Assembly: GCA_964521645.1 (NCBI GenBank)
Contig: CAZFSB010000003.1
Span: forward strand, 1-51,705
Reading direction: 5' to 3'
DNA length: 51,705 nt
DNA from: an uncultured Candidatus Saccharibacteria bacterium
GTDB lineage: Bacteria > Patescibacteriota > Minisyncoccia > Phycocordibacterales > UBA918
Made by a program: the position numbers and the translations under genes. The notes beneath the pieces are model-generated. The model was not told the DNA's origin. It did not search any database and worked only from the letters and a program-made list of their open reading frames with translations. Positions 36,631 through 46,400 of the stretch are shown here, one piece after another. Position 1 is the stretch's first letter. Each line of letters begins with the position of its first letter.

Positions 36631-37878
36631 ATGCGCTTGCTCCGCATCGGACTTCTCCTCGGCTGGCGACAGATCCAGCGCGCTAATAAGTGGACGACGC
36701 TCCTCATTATTTCCGTGATGATGCTCACCTTCCTCAACCTCATCGCGGTGTCAGGAGTTTTGGTCGGACTCATTGCAGGAGCCGAGCGGGCTGTGCGAGC
36801 TGAGTCACTTGGTGACCTCATTCTCAGCGAGCGCGATGATGAAGACAATATCATCGAGACAGAGACCATCATGCGCGAACTGGCCGCCTACCCGGAGATC
36901 GATGCGTACTCGGTACGATATGGTGGCGCCGCCGAGCTTGAAGCAAACTACAAAGAACGGCGCAGCCTCACTGCCGAGCGTGATGTTGCCGCGGTCAAGG
37001 TGACCGGCATCGATCCCTTCCTTGAAGACACCATGTCTGGCCTCAGTCGCAATGTGCTAAAGGGAGAGTACCTCGACCCAAACGAAGAAGGTCACATACT
37101 GATCGGCTACTACTCCCTCGAAGAGTTCGCCGAACAGTTTGGTGACATCTTTGACACCATCGCCAACGTCGAGCCCGGCGACACCGTTCGCCTGACGGCC
37201 GGGACGATCTCAAAGGAATTCATCGTGAAAGGTATCGTGCAATCAAAGGTAGACGAGGTCTCCCTCAACACGTACATCCCCGAACGCGAATTTCGTCGCC
37301 TCTTTGGTCGCCTCGACCGTAATGCCGACCAGATCGTCATTCGCATGAACCCAGGAGAGTCTGAAGACGAGCTCAAGGCCGCCTTTGTCGCCAACGGGAT
37401 GGACAAGTACGCGAAGATCCAGACCTACGAGGAAGGCAAACCAAAATTCATCACCGATATCAAGAACACCATGAACTTGCTCGGCACCTTCATCGGCTCG
37501 ATCGGTATCGTCGTCGCTTCCATCACCATTTTCATCATCATCTTCATCAACGCCATCTCCCGTCGTCAGCAGATCGGCATCCTCAAGGGCATCGGTATCG
37601 AACGACGAGCCATTGAAATTGCGTATGTGTTTCAGGCTTCCGCGTACGCGCTCATTGGTTCGGGTCTGGGCGCCCTGCTCACCTACGGCTTCCTCATTGG
37701 CTACTTTGAACGAAACCCCATCCCATTCCCCTTCAGCGACGGTATTTTGGTGGCTCCGCCAGAGGAGACCTTCCTTCGCTTTGTCACCCTCTTTGTCGTT
37801 ACCCTCATCGCCGGCTTCCTCCCCGCGTGGCTCATTGTGCGGCAAAATACCCTTAGTTCGATCTTAGGAAGAAAGTAA
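36631..37878 (+). CDS. ABC transporter permease, FtsX/MacB-like
   Basis: TM1, a large extracytoplasmic domain, and three C-terminal TM helices. Confidence 0.85.
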   Translation: MRLLRIGLLLGWRQIQRANKWTTLLIISVMMLTFLNLIAVSGVLVGLIAGAERAVRAESLGDLILSERDDEDNIIETETIMRELAAYPEIDAYSVRYGGAAELEANYKERRSLTAERDVAAVKVTGIDPFLEDTMSGLSRNVLKGEYLDPNEEGHILIGYYSLEEFAEQFGDIFDTIANVEPGDTVRLTAGTISKEFIVKGIVQSKVDEVSLNTYIPEREFRRLFGRLDRNADQIVIRMNPGESEDELKAAFVANGMDKYAKIQTYEEGKPKFITDIKNTMNLLGTFIGSIGIVVASITIFIIIFINAISRRQQIGILKGIGIERRAIEIAYVFQASAYALIGSGLGALLTYGFLIGYFERNPIPFPFSDGILVAPPEETFLRFVTLFVVTLIAGFLPAWLIVRQNTLSSILGRK

Positions 37879-37879
37879 T

Positions 37880-38566
37880 ATGTCAATCATCACAGCCAAA
37901 AATATTCAGCGATCATTCGGCGAAGGAGACCTCCTCACGCACGTTCTCAAGGGTATCGACCTGACAGTCGAGACCGGAGAATTCATCGCCATCATGGGAA
38001 AATCGGGAGCGGGCAAGTCGACACTGATGTACCAGCTTTCTGTACTGGACGAACCCACCGAGGGTGAAGTAATTGTTAATGGCGTCGATGTACTGAAGTT
38101 GAACGAACGTGAGCGCACCACCTTCCGGCTTAATACCCTGGGGTACATCTTTCAAAACTACGCACTGGTACCCGACCTCTCCGCGCTCGAAAATGTCATG
38201 CTCCCCCTCCTCATGCGCGGCCTCCCGTGGGAAGATGCCAAAGTGGTGGCGCGCAGCGTGATCGATAGCGTGGGGATGATCGGTAAATACGAAAACCTAC
38301 CGGCCGAACTTTCGGGCGGTGAGCAGCAGCGCATCTCGATCGCACGCGCTGTTGCGGGTAAACCAAAGATCCTCTTTGCCGATGAACCAACTGCCAATCT
38401 CGACAGCATCTCTGGCCAACAGGTGATCGACCTGATGACCGAGCTCAATCGCAACTACGGACAAACCATCGTCATGGTGACGCACGAACGCGAATATGCC
38501 GATAACTGCAATCGCATCATTCACATGGAAGACGGGGTCGTCGTGCACGAGGAGCGGTTACGATAA
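37880..38566 (+). CDS. ABC transporter ATP-binding protein (MacB/LolD-like)
   Basis: Contains GKSGAGKST, LSGGEQQR and ILFADEPT. Confidence 0.9.
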   Translation: MSIITAKNIQRSFGEGDLLTHVLKGIDLTVETGEFIAIMGKSGAGKSTLMYQLSVLDEPTEGEVIVNGVDVLKLNERERTTFRLNTLGYIFQNYALVPDLSALENVMLPLLMRGLPWEDAKVVARSVIDSVGMIGKYENLPAELSGGEQQRISIARAVAGKPKILFADEPTANLDSISGQQVIDLMTELNRNYGQTIVMVTHEREYADNCNRIIHMEDGVVVHEERLR

Positions 38567-38608
38567 AAAGTAAAAGGCGCTGACCTTACGGTCCGCGCCT
38601 TTTACTTT
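38567..38608. terminator. Bidirectional terminator between the ABC operon and ftsH
   Basis: AAAGTAAAAGGCGC ... GCGCCTTTTACTTT. Confidence 0.7.
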
Positions 38609-38611
38609 TCC

Positions 38612-40732
38612 CTACACCAATTTCGTCTTCTGCTCATCCGGCCGAACTTCAAGTCCACGGGTCGGGTCCCCGACTCGAGCATCTTCTTTATACATGTCAG
38701 CGTACGCGTCTTTCATCTCGACGCCGTACTGCTTCAAGAGCGCCTCGTACTCCTCTCGTTCTAGCGTCTCCACTTCTACCAATCGCTTTGATATCTCATC
38801 GAGCGCCGGGCGGTACTTGGTCAGTATCTCTCGTGCCTTTGCTTTTCCTTCCTCGATGAATCGAGTGACTTCTTCATCAATCAATTTTGCGATCTGAGCA
38901 GAGTATCCGCGGTCCTCAGAAAGTCCGCCGCCAATCAATCGGCCTCCGGTTGCCTCAAAGGCGACCGGGCCGATCTTCTCGCTCATACCGTACTTGGTCA
39001 CCATGTCGCGCGCGAGACCAGCGACCACTTGTAGGTCATTGGAAGGCCCGGTCGAGAGGTCTCCAAAGACCATTTCTTCGGTCACGTAGCCACCGAGCGT
39101 CATCGCAATGTCATCGAGGAACTCTTTGCGAGTGTGCATGCGACGGTCCTGGTCAGGCAACTTGAGTGTATAGCCAGCCGCGCGACCACGGGAAATGATG
39201 GATATCTTCTGGACTGGGTCAGCGTACGGTAGTACAGAAGCGACGAGCGCGTGCCCCACCTCGTGGTACGCGGTCACCAGTTTCTCATGCTTCGAGAGCA
39301 CGTGACTCTTGCGTTCTGGTCCAAGCATCACCTTCTCGATCGAACGAATGATATCAAACTGCCCCACTTTCTTGCGCTTCTCACGGGCGGCTAAGATGGC
39401 CGCTTCGTTCATCAATGAGTAGAGATCAGCACCAGAGAAACCAGGAGTTCGCTGCGCGATGATCTCAAGATTCACATCCTCCTGCAGCGGCTTCTTGCGC
39501 GCGTGCACCCTTAATATTTCTTCGCGGTCCTTGCGGTCAGGGAGGTCAATGGTCACGCGACGATCGAAGCGTCCCGGACGAAGGAGGGCTGGGTCGAGCA
39601 CGTCGGGTCGGTTGGTAGCGGCCATGACGATCACTTTCGCGTTTGGTTCAAAGCCGTCCATTTCGACGAGGATCTGGTTGAGTGTCTGTTCACGCTCATC
39701 ATTACCACCACCCATGCCCGTACCACGCACCCGTCCGACAGCGTCGATCTCATCAACAAAGATGATCGCGGGGGCGGCTTTCTTTGCCATTTGGAAAAGG
39801 TCTCGCACGCGCGAAGCGCCCACCCCGACAAACATCTCAACGAATTCAGAACCAGAGATAGAAAAGAATGGCACCCCGGCCTCGCCAGCGACCGCGCGCG
39901 CGAGCAGGGTCTTACCAGTTCCCGGCGCACCCATCATCATGACGCCCTTCGGGATCTCCGCACCGATGTCGAGGAATTTCTTTGGATTCTTGAGGAAGTC
40001 AACGATCTCTTCCAGTTCTTGCTTCGCTTCTTTTGCCCCGGCGACGTCCTTGAACGTGACCTTTTGTGCCGTGTCATTCGGGTCGATCATGCGCGCCTTA
40101 GAGGAACCAAAATTCAGTGCCTGCATCCCAGCGCCCTTTACCGAACGGGTGAAGAACCAAATGATCACACCAAGGAGAATAAGCGGGAACAAGAATGGTG
40201 CGAACTGTCCAAACCAGTACATGAAGCCAGTCTCGCGCTGCACGTCGATAGTGATCGCGGACAACTCTTCAGCGGTAACGCCGAGATTGGTGAGCGATTC
40301 AGTCACTGAAGCATCCACTTCACGTTTTGCTTCCCCGACTGTCCTGGTCTCATCCTTATAACTCACCTCTAGGGTGGCGCCACGAACAACGATAGTATCC
40401 ACCTCGCCCGCTTTGACCTGCCCTACCACATCTGTGACGGTAAGCTGTTCTGGTTTGACCTGGTTCTCAGTGAGATATGAGAAGACCGCTGTCACGAAGA
40501 TGAGCAGCAGCAGGGTCGAGAGCATGTTGTTCCAGAAATTGCCTGGCCCAACGGGCAAGCGCTTCCCGGTCTGACGCAGGTCGAGCATCGACTTCTTGTC
40601 AGCCGCGGGCTTTGGAATGGGCTTTGGCTCTGGTCGTTCTTCTTCTGGCTTCGACACTTGTTCCTCCCCTGTTGGGGCCGGGGTCGACGCGTCTTTTTCT
40701 TTATTTTGTTCAGTGTTTTCAGGATTGTTCAT
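38612..40732 (-). CDS. ftsH: ATP-dependent zinc metalloprotease FtsH
   Basis: Has AAA+ Walker [12 protein letters not shown], and the HEVGHAL zinc site. The start MNNPEN at 40732 has TATAAT 9 nt upstream. The track ORF extension overlaps smpB. Confidence 0.95.
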   Translation of the reverse strand: MNNPENTEQNKEKDASTPAPTGEEQVSKPEEERPEPKPIPKPAADKKSMLDLRQTGKRLPVGPGNFWNNMLSTLLLLIFVTAVFSYLTENQVKPEQLTVTDVVGQVKAGEVDTIVVRGATLEVSYKDETRTVGEAKREVDASVTESLTNLGVTAEELSAITIDVQRETGFMYWFGQFAPFLFPLILLGVIIWFFTRSVKGAGMQALNFGSSKARMIDPNDTAQKVTFKDVAGAKEAKQELEEIVDFLKNPKKFLDIGAEIPKGVMMMGAPGTGKTLLARAVAGEAGVPFFSISGSEFVEMFVGVGASRVRDLFQMAKKAAPAIIFVDEIDAVGRVRGTGMGGGNDEREQTLNQILVEMDGFEPNAKVIVMAATNRPDVLDPALLRPGRFDRRVTIDLPDRKDREEILRVHARKKPLQEDVNLEIIAQRTPGFSGADLYSLMNEAAILAAREKRKKVGQFDIIRSIEKVMLGPERKSHVLSKHEKLVTAYHEVGHALVASVLPYADPVQKISIISRGRAAGYTLKLPDQDRRMHTRKEFLDDIAMTLGGYVTEEMVFGDLSTGPSNDLQVVAGLARDMVTKYGMSEKIGPVAFEATGGRLIGGGLSEDRGYSAQIAKLIDEEVTRFIEEGKAKAREILTKYRPALDEISKRLVEVETLEREEYEALLKQYGVEMKDAYADMYKEDARVGDPTRGLEVRPDEQKTKLV

Positions 40733-40801
40733 AGTAGGGCTATTATACAGAAATCGCCTTAATACGCCACAGTTTACGTGCTTGTGAAAGACACCCATCG
40801 T

Positions 40802-40810
40802 TGCTAGAGT
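40802..40810 (+). promoter_or_regulatory. Extended -10 TGCTAGAGT, 9 nt upstream of the smpB ATG
   Basis: TTGCTAGAGTAAAGCACAC-ATG. Confidence 0.45.
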
Positions 40811-40819
40811 AAAGCACAC

Positions 40820-41266
40820 ATGAGCACCTATATCCAAAACCGAAAAGCCCGTTTTGACTTCGATATTCTCGAAACCTTCGAGGCGGGTTTGGTGCTGCAC
40901 GGTTTTGAGGTAAAGGCCATCCGTCAGAGCAAGGGGAAGCTGGAGGGGGCGTATGTAGTGGTCCGGGGCGGCGAGGCATATCTGGTTGGCGCCAGCGTAA
41001 GCCCCTACCAGGTCATCAATACGCCGAAAAGCTACGACCCAGAACGAGTACGCAAGCTCCTTCTCTCCCAAAAAGAGCTTGCGCACCTGGAGCGCCAGAC
41101 CGAAACCGCTGGATTGACAGCTATCCCACTTCGATTGTATAATGCTGGCCGGAACATCAAGCTTGAGCTCGCGATCGCGCGCGGTAAAAAGAAGTTTGAT
41201 AAGCGCGAAACGCTCAAGGAACGTGATACCAAGCGTGATATCGATCGTACGTTGAAAGGTCAATAA
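40820..41266 (+). CDS. smpB: SsrA-binding protein SmpB
   Basis: Reads IQNRKARFDFDILETFEAGLVLHGFEVKAIR with a basic C-terminal tail. It is followed by ssrA. Confidence 0.95.
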   Translation: MSTYIQNRKARFDFDILETFEAGLVLHGFEVKAIRQSKGKLEGAYVVVRGGEAYLVGASVSPYQVINTPKSYDPERVRKLLLSQKELAHLERQTETAGLTAIPLRLYNAGRNIKLELAIARGKKKFDKRETLKERDTKRDIDRTLKGQ

Positions 41267-41346
41267 TAATTATGTACACCGTTCCCGCAGTGCGTACGGG
41301 CGGAAATTTTGGCAGGCTTGCCAAAATTTCCGCCCGCTCCTACCGC

Positions 41347-41753
41347 GGGGATGCTAGGCATCGACGGTCAGTCGTGTCGGATGTGTGCAGTGCCGAAAAC
41401 TGGTAATCAATTCGTTAAAAGGTTCCAACTTGTACGTGCAGACAAAGCACTACCAAGCCCTTACGCTCGCGCGTTTGGGTTCGCTCCCGCATTTGCGTAA
41501 TCTTACGCTCGCCGGATCGATGCTCCGCTCATAAACGTCTCATACGTGAGTCGGGGTAGAATAGACACGAGACTGTGGAGACCTTTGCCGTTGTCATAGG
41601 TTTTCAAGATTGTAACAACTCGAGACCGTAGTGTTTGGTTAATCTTCTAGCTACGGCCTTTAAACAGAAGCAATTCTGACAAAGGCTAACTACGCACTGT
41701 AGACTCACCTTCGCACCCTGATTCGGACGGGAGTTCGATTCTCCCCATCTCCA
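41347..41753 (+). ncRNA. ssrA: tmRNA (SsrA), standard one-piece; tag ADKALPSPYARAFGFAPAFA
   Basis: The 5' GGGGATGCTAGGCATCGACGG pairs with the 3' CATCTCC-A (G3.U70). The T arm is GGGAGTTCGATTCTCCC. The in-frame tag GCA GAC ... GCA TTT GCG TAA runs 41438-41500. Confidence 0.85.
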
Positions 41754-41793
41754 CTCGTAATAATATTAGCGCCATTTGGCGCTTTTATTATTT

Positions 41794-41958
41794 GAGTGGA
41801 GATGAAGAAAACAAACTGCTTTGCTTTCGTCGGGAATTGAACGGCGGAGCGTTGTCATGAGCGCGCTTCCTAGCGCGAGTGACCGCGAGCCGTGTCCCGC
41901 GGTCGTTATGAACGTAGTGAATTACGAACCGACAGGACAATTCCCGTCATCTCCACCA
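41794..41958 (+). ncRNA. tmRNA-end-derived structured element 'W'
   Basis: GAGTGGAGATG (41794-41804) is the inverted copy of the tmRNA 3' end. CATCTCCACCA (41948-41958) is a direct copy. CGGGAATTG pairs with CAATTCCCG as a closing helix. Confidence 0.35.
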
Positions 41959-42054
41959 GACGTAGAAATATGTAGAAGGATATGGAAGTTTACTAAACTA
42001 TTTACTTTTATAATATTTAATGCATAATAAAAGAAACGTTCTGGAGGATTAAAA

Positions 42055-42276
42055 ATGTCTGTAACCCCACTGTTCGACGAAACCGGGAACCACTGCCTTC
42101 GCCCTGTTCAAGGGCCGGAAGAAGGTGTTCTACTTATGGAAAAGCTCGAGGAAGGTACCCTGAAGAGCTGTTACTTGGGTGACTTACTCGAGTTGATCGA
42201 CAAGCTTGAAATACCACTCGAAACTGTCATCAACCTGATTGGTGACGCGCGAGTAATGCTTGGCGAAGACGTCTAA
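42055..42276 (+). CDS. Hypothetical small acidic protein (73 aa) in the low-GC islet
   Basis: SD GGAGGA lies 6 nt before the ATG. Confidence 0.5.
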   Translation: MSVTPLFDETGNHCLRPVQGPEEGVLLMEKLEEGTLKSCYLGDLLELIDKLEIPLETVINLIGDARVMLGEDV

Positions 42277-42457
42277 TCACAACGGTTCCCAATAAGCCGT
42301 CCATCACTCATTAAAGAGTCGGTTGGGTGGCTTTTTTATTTACCACAAACCCACCACCGTTAGAAAATTTGCGGATTCCATTTCAATCAAAGAGGTTTTA
42401 ACTTGGTACAAAGTCTTCCACACTTTAAAAAATACCGTTTCATTGAGCGGTATTTTT

Positions 42458-43261
42458 TTAATTAAATCTGAAAGATTCTACCACCCCATTAAATTCTCGA
42501 ACGAGTTTTTCTTTATCAAAAGAATCAACATCAACTCCTCTTCCTTCTGGAACATCTATCTGCACCATAATCACTCTATTTTCACCAATCAAGACCCCAC
42601 TAAATCTATACATCTCTATGTCCTTAGTTATTTTATTATAAACGATAGTTTTTACTCCAAGCGTTCTATGTCCGTTTATATTATCAATTTCATAGACCAC
42701 GCTTTCTATGTTTGGATCAGTATTCTGTGCCAACATTTCTTCCCACACACTCTTATAATACGATTCAGTATCAGTCGCCTCCAATAGATGACTGAAGTCT
42801 GCAAATCGCATAACTAAATCAAAGTATTGGTTTTGACCAGATTTGCCGACAAGCAATACCTGTGAATCTTCCAGAGCTTTAACATCGAACGTTACATCGT
42901 AAAGTTCTTTTAGTGTTTGAGAGTCATACCCTGAGTCAGAATCAGCTACCACATCAAGGAAATTATGGTCTAACGCCAAATATCCATCAGGAACACTGAA
43001 ACTATATCGTCCAACAATATTTTGGTAAGTTTTCGAAGTCGTGTCAGCTATGTTTTCTTCGGAAAGAGTTTCACTAATTACAACACGTTCGATCTCAACT
43101 ATTTTCTCTGGGGCATACTGATACCCAATCCAACCACCTATGAAAGGTAGAATTACAAAAAGTACCATTGCTAAATATTTGGATAGTGGAGTTACAGTGT
43201 GTAAGCTACTTTTTTCTTGAACCTCTTGCTCAATAGTTTCTTGATTTATCTCAGGTTCCAT
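42458..43261 (-). CDS. Membrane-anchored hypothetical protein in the low-GC islet
   Basis: The start MEPEINQ at 43261 has TATACT 6 nt upstream. It has one TM helix, and the region is visibly AT-rich. Confidence 0.55.
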   Translation of the reverse strand: MEPEINQETIEQEVQEKSSLHTVTPLSKYLAMVLFVILPFIGGWIGYQYAPEKIVEIERVVISETLSEENIADTTSKTYQNIVGRYSFSVPDGYLALDHNFLDVVADSDSGYDSQTLKELYDVTFDVKALEDSQVLLVGKSGQNQYFDLVMRFADFSHLLEATDTESYYKSVWEEMLAQNTDPNIESVVYEIDNINGHRTLGVKTIVYNKITKDIEMYRFSGVLIGENRVIMVQIDVPEGRGVDVDSFDKEKLVREFNGVVESFRFN

Positions 43262-43476
43262 ATCATCAGTATATATTATGTTTAATACTACCTTTGTGTA
43301 CTTAAACACACTGATTGTTAAGTAGTTTCAAGTACTTTTTGAATTGTTGACGAACTGTTGTAATACTCCCAAAAGTTTTTCAGGTACGTCCTTATAGACC
43401 TCAGAACTCGTGAGTTATTTTTGTGATTCTCCCCATCTTCAGCTGCAGAGCGTTGAAAGTGCGGTACACTAGTACT

Positions 43477-43848
43477 ATGACAAAGAAAAAGATCCTCGTT
43501 GTTGAAGATTCGCCATACCTCGCGGAGTCGCTGTCAGACATGCTCGACATCAAGGGGCATGAGGCGATCATTGCTCCCACTGGACGTGATGGTGTGACCA
43601 TGGCCATCGAGCAGCAGCCCGACCTCATTCTCCTCGACATCCGTCTTCCCGACATCGATGGATACGAAGTGTACCGACGCATCAGAGAAAATGACTGGGG
43701 CAAGAATGCCAACATCATGGTGCTGACCGCTTCAGAATCGACCGAGAACATCTCAAAGAATATCGACCTTCCCAAAGAAGACGTCCTCTTCAAACCAGAA
43801 TGGAGCGTCACTGACCTGCTCGCTAAAATCGAGGAGAAACTCTCTTAA
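43477..43848 (+). CDS. Single-domain response regulator (receiver only)
   Basis: Contains KILVVEDS and ILLDIRLPDIDG. TACACT lies 6 nt upstream of the ATG. Confidence 0.85.
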   Translation: MTKKKILVVEDSPYLAESLSDMLDIKGHEAIIAPTGRDGVTMAIEQQPDLILLDIRLPDIDGYEVYRRIRENDWGKNANIMVLTASESTENISKNIDLPKEDVLFKPEWSVTDLLAKIEEKLS

Positions 43849-45158
43849 TTCTTTCCTTTTTCTTCAGGCAATTCAAGCGGGAGAATAACTTCAAATGTCG
43901 TGCCGATGTTTTCGGTGGTCGTAAATGATATCTGTCCCTTCAGGACCGAAACCGCCTCGTGCACGATGTAGAGACCAAGTCCGGTTCCGTCAGGAACATT
44001 GCGTACCGCGTTTGCCGCCCGGAAGAGCTTCGAGAAGATCTGGTCTTGGTCTTCGGCCGGAATACCCATACCGTTGTCAGCCACGGTGATGATGATGCTG
44101 TCGTCCTTGCGACCGAAGCCAAGGTGGATGGTCCCCTTCTCTCTCGTGTACTTGGTGGCGTTGGAATACAGGTTGGTCACGATCATGCGCATGAGGTTCG
44201 GATCAGTGATGATCGTGTTAACTGATTCGTCATAGAAGGTTTTGACCGTCAGTCCTTTCTGCTGTACCCGGGGCGCTTGTTCAGACATGATGTCTTCAAA
44301 CAGCTCAGACAGTGATACTGTCGTGTATTCGGCCTGGAAGGTACCTAGTTCAAAGCGCGATACTCGTAGGAAATCGTCTACCAGAAGCGCCATTCGTTTT
44401 ATGCTCACGAGCAGGCGGTCGATGTATTTCTGTTGACGCTCGGTCAGTGAATCTGGGTTATCCATGAGGAGCAATTCCGCGCTCCACTTCATCCCCGCGA
44501 TCGGCGTTCGCAATTGGTGAGAGGCCAGCGAGACGAATTCCGACTTGGCGTCCTCGGCGCGTTTTTGCTTGGTGATGTCAACCAGGGTCATCAGGCCGAT
44601 CTTCTCTCCAGCCACATCAGCTGAGCCAAAGAGTGAGAGCAGAGCCCACGCCTCGCGGTGGTCAGGGCGCTTCAAACTCACCATCTCGTCGCTGACCGGT
44701 ACGCCATTTTGAAACTTCTCGATCAAAAAATCGAGGTGCTCTAACTCATCGCACTGCAGTCGGGCGAACACATTGATACCTTTCACCTTGGTCTGGCTGA
44801 CACCGAGCATACGCACGGCAGAAGTATTGGCCGATTTGATGTGCCCCTCAAGGTCGATTATCAGGTACGGTACCGGACTGTTCTTATACAGCTGAATGTA
44901 CAGCTCCTCTGAGGTGACCGCTAGGTCCATCGCTACATTCTTTTTTATTTCTTCGGAGGTCTCTGTCGAGTGAGCGATGTCATACACATTCTTGGCAATG
45001 AACACACAGCAGAGAAACGCCGTAAGGAAGAGCAAGCCGCCCAGATCGATCTCTGAAAAATCATAGAAAACAGCCAAGAGCACCACGATGCCAAATGAGA
45101 TGGTGAATACCAACAGCGAGTGGATCAGTGGTTTTTTACTTTGACCGGAAGAAGACAT
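43845..45158 (-). CDS. Sensor histidine kinase (2 TM, PAS-like, HisKA, HATPase_c)
   Basis: H-box SHQLRTP, with N, G1 and G2 boxes (DNGMGI, GTGLGL). Confidence 0.9.
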   Translation of the reverse strand: MSSSGQSKKPLIHSLLVFTISFGIVVLLAVFYDFSEIDLGGLLFLTAFLCCVFIAKNVYDIAHSTETSEEIKKNVAMDLAVTSEELYIQLYKNSPVPYLIIDLEGHIKSANTSAVRMLGVSQTKVKGINVFARLQCDELEHLDFLIEKFQNGVPVSDEMVSLKRPDHREAWALLSLFGSADVAGEKIGLMTLVDITKQKRAEDAKSEFVSLASHQLRTPIAGMKWSAELLLMDNPDSLTERQQKYIDRLLVSIKRMALLVDDFLRVSRFELGTFQAEYTTVSLSELFEDIMSEQAPRVQQKGLTVKTFYDESVNTIITDPNLMRMIVTNLYSNATKYTREKGTIHLGFGRKDDSIIITVADNGMGIPAEDQDQIFSKLFRAANAVRNVPDGTGLGLYIVHEAVSVLKGQISFTTTENIGTTFEVILPLELPEEKGKN

Positions 45159-45212
45159 GTTGGGGGGTGTTCATTACTTATAGTAGCATCTGTAGTTCAG
45201 GTGTTTGGGTAT

Positions 45213-46400
45213 TTATACTATGCCGAGAGCCATTCGTTCGGCGACCTGTGCCATTTCACCCATTTCGTCTGTGCGCATGACGACGACCTTGACCGGGCTA
45301 TTACGCACGCTTATGACGCCATCCTTTCCGACCAATAGGTCATTCCTATCCTTACTCACCTGCACGCCAAGATGTGACAACCCTTGCAGGATGATACTGC
45401 GGAGCTCCGAACTCCGTATCGCGGCCGTAGCGGTGAGAACGATGACATCTAGGCCGCCGAGTGCAACCGTCTGCGCCGCGATCGCTTTCTGGATGTTGTA
45501 CGCAAAGACATCGAGCGCGTGCCTGGCGGTCGCGTCGTTTTGCGCGCGCCGGTCAAGAAGTCGGCGAATATCTGACTCTTGGGCCATTCCGGTAAGGCCG
45601 CCATTGGTGTTGATGTACATTTCGGCATCGATCGGTCGCCAGTGCTTCACCCGGATGAGCTCAAGCAAGGCAGCCGCATCGATATCGCCAGCACGGCTTC
45701 CCATCGGCAGACCACTTGATGGGGAAAACCCCATCGTGGTCTCGACGCTTTTGCCGTTCTTTACCGCCGTGACGCTCGTCCCACTCCCGATGTGACAGAC
45801 GATCAACTTTTCTGGGTCCTGCCCGATGAGCGCATGAATGCGGCGTACGATGGAGGCGACCGAAAGCCCATGGTAGCCAAACCGGTGAATGTCGAACTGA
45901 TTTGCGTCTTCAGTGGCGATGCTGTACTCCCTAGCGATCGGCGGTAGCTCACTATGAAACGCGCTGTCTGAAGCAGCGATGATCTTGACCAGTTTGAAGT
46001 GGCGGCGAGCGCTTTCTACCTCGCGCATGATGATCGGAATATGGAGCGGGGCGGTGTTCTCACGACGCTTCAGTTCTGCAACGTACGAGTCATCAATGAT
46101 AGCGTGGCGCTGAAAGAAGGTACCGGGGGCAACGACCCGGATCACCACCGCATCGAGCTTCTTGCCGCGCTCTTCGCGAAAGAGGTACGAGTCGACAGCG
46201 TCCACCACGCGCGCAAAAGCGTCGGAGAATTCGGTCTCTTTGATCGCTTCGCAGATCTGCTGCGTACCAGAGGTCTGTGAACACATCTCAAACCCGTTGT
46301 TCGTATTCTCAAACCGAATATCAAGTACTGGTTGCCCACTACGATAGAGCGCGTATTTTCGGGAAGAGGATCCTGGATTGACTACGAGCGTTGTTGCCAT
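45213..46400 (-). CDS. ackA: Acetate kinase
   Basis: Starts LVVNPGSSSRKYALY and has the family length. It overlaps the xfp 3' end by 19 nt. Confidence 0.95.
   Translation of the reverse strand: MATTLVVNPGSSSRKYALYRSGQPVLDIRFENTNNGFEMCSQTSGTQQICEAIKETEFSDAFARVVDAVDSYLFREERGKKLDAVVIRVVAPGTFFQRHAIIDDSYVAELKRRENTAPLHIPIIMREVESARRHFKLVKIIAASDSAFHSELPPIAREYSIATEDANQFDIHRFGYHGLSVASIVRRIHALIGQDPEKLIVCHIGSGTSVTAVKNGKSVETTMGFSPSSGLPMGSRAGDIDAAALLELIRVKHWRPIDAEMYINTNGGLTGMAQESDIRRLLDRRAQNDATARHALDVFAYNIQKAIAAQTVALGGLDVIVLTATAAIRSSELRSIILQGLSHLGVQVSKDRNDLLVGKDGVISVRNSPVKVVVMRTDEMGEMAQVAERMALGIV

Noticed and set aside
40733-41263. N-terminal 177-aa extension of the ftsH ORF in the track (38612..41263)
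   Set aside because: The extension is antisense to smpB and has no FtsH-like sequence. A TATAAT box and the ATG at 40732 give a normal FtsH N-terminus.
41746-41808. Permuted (two-piece) tmRNA, suggested by GGAGATG downstream of the acceptor 3' strand
   Set aside because: A proper 5' end GGGGATG at 41347 pairs with the 3' end in the standard order. The downstream GAGTGGAGATG is the outer arm of the terminator / element W.
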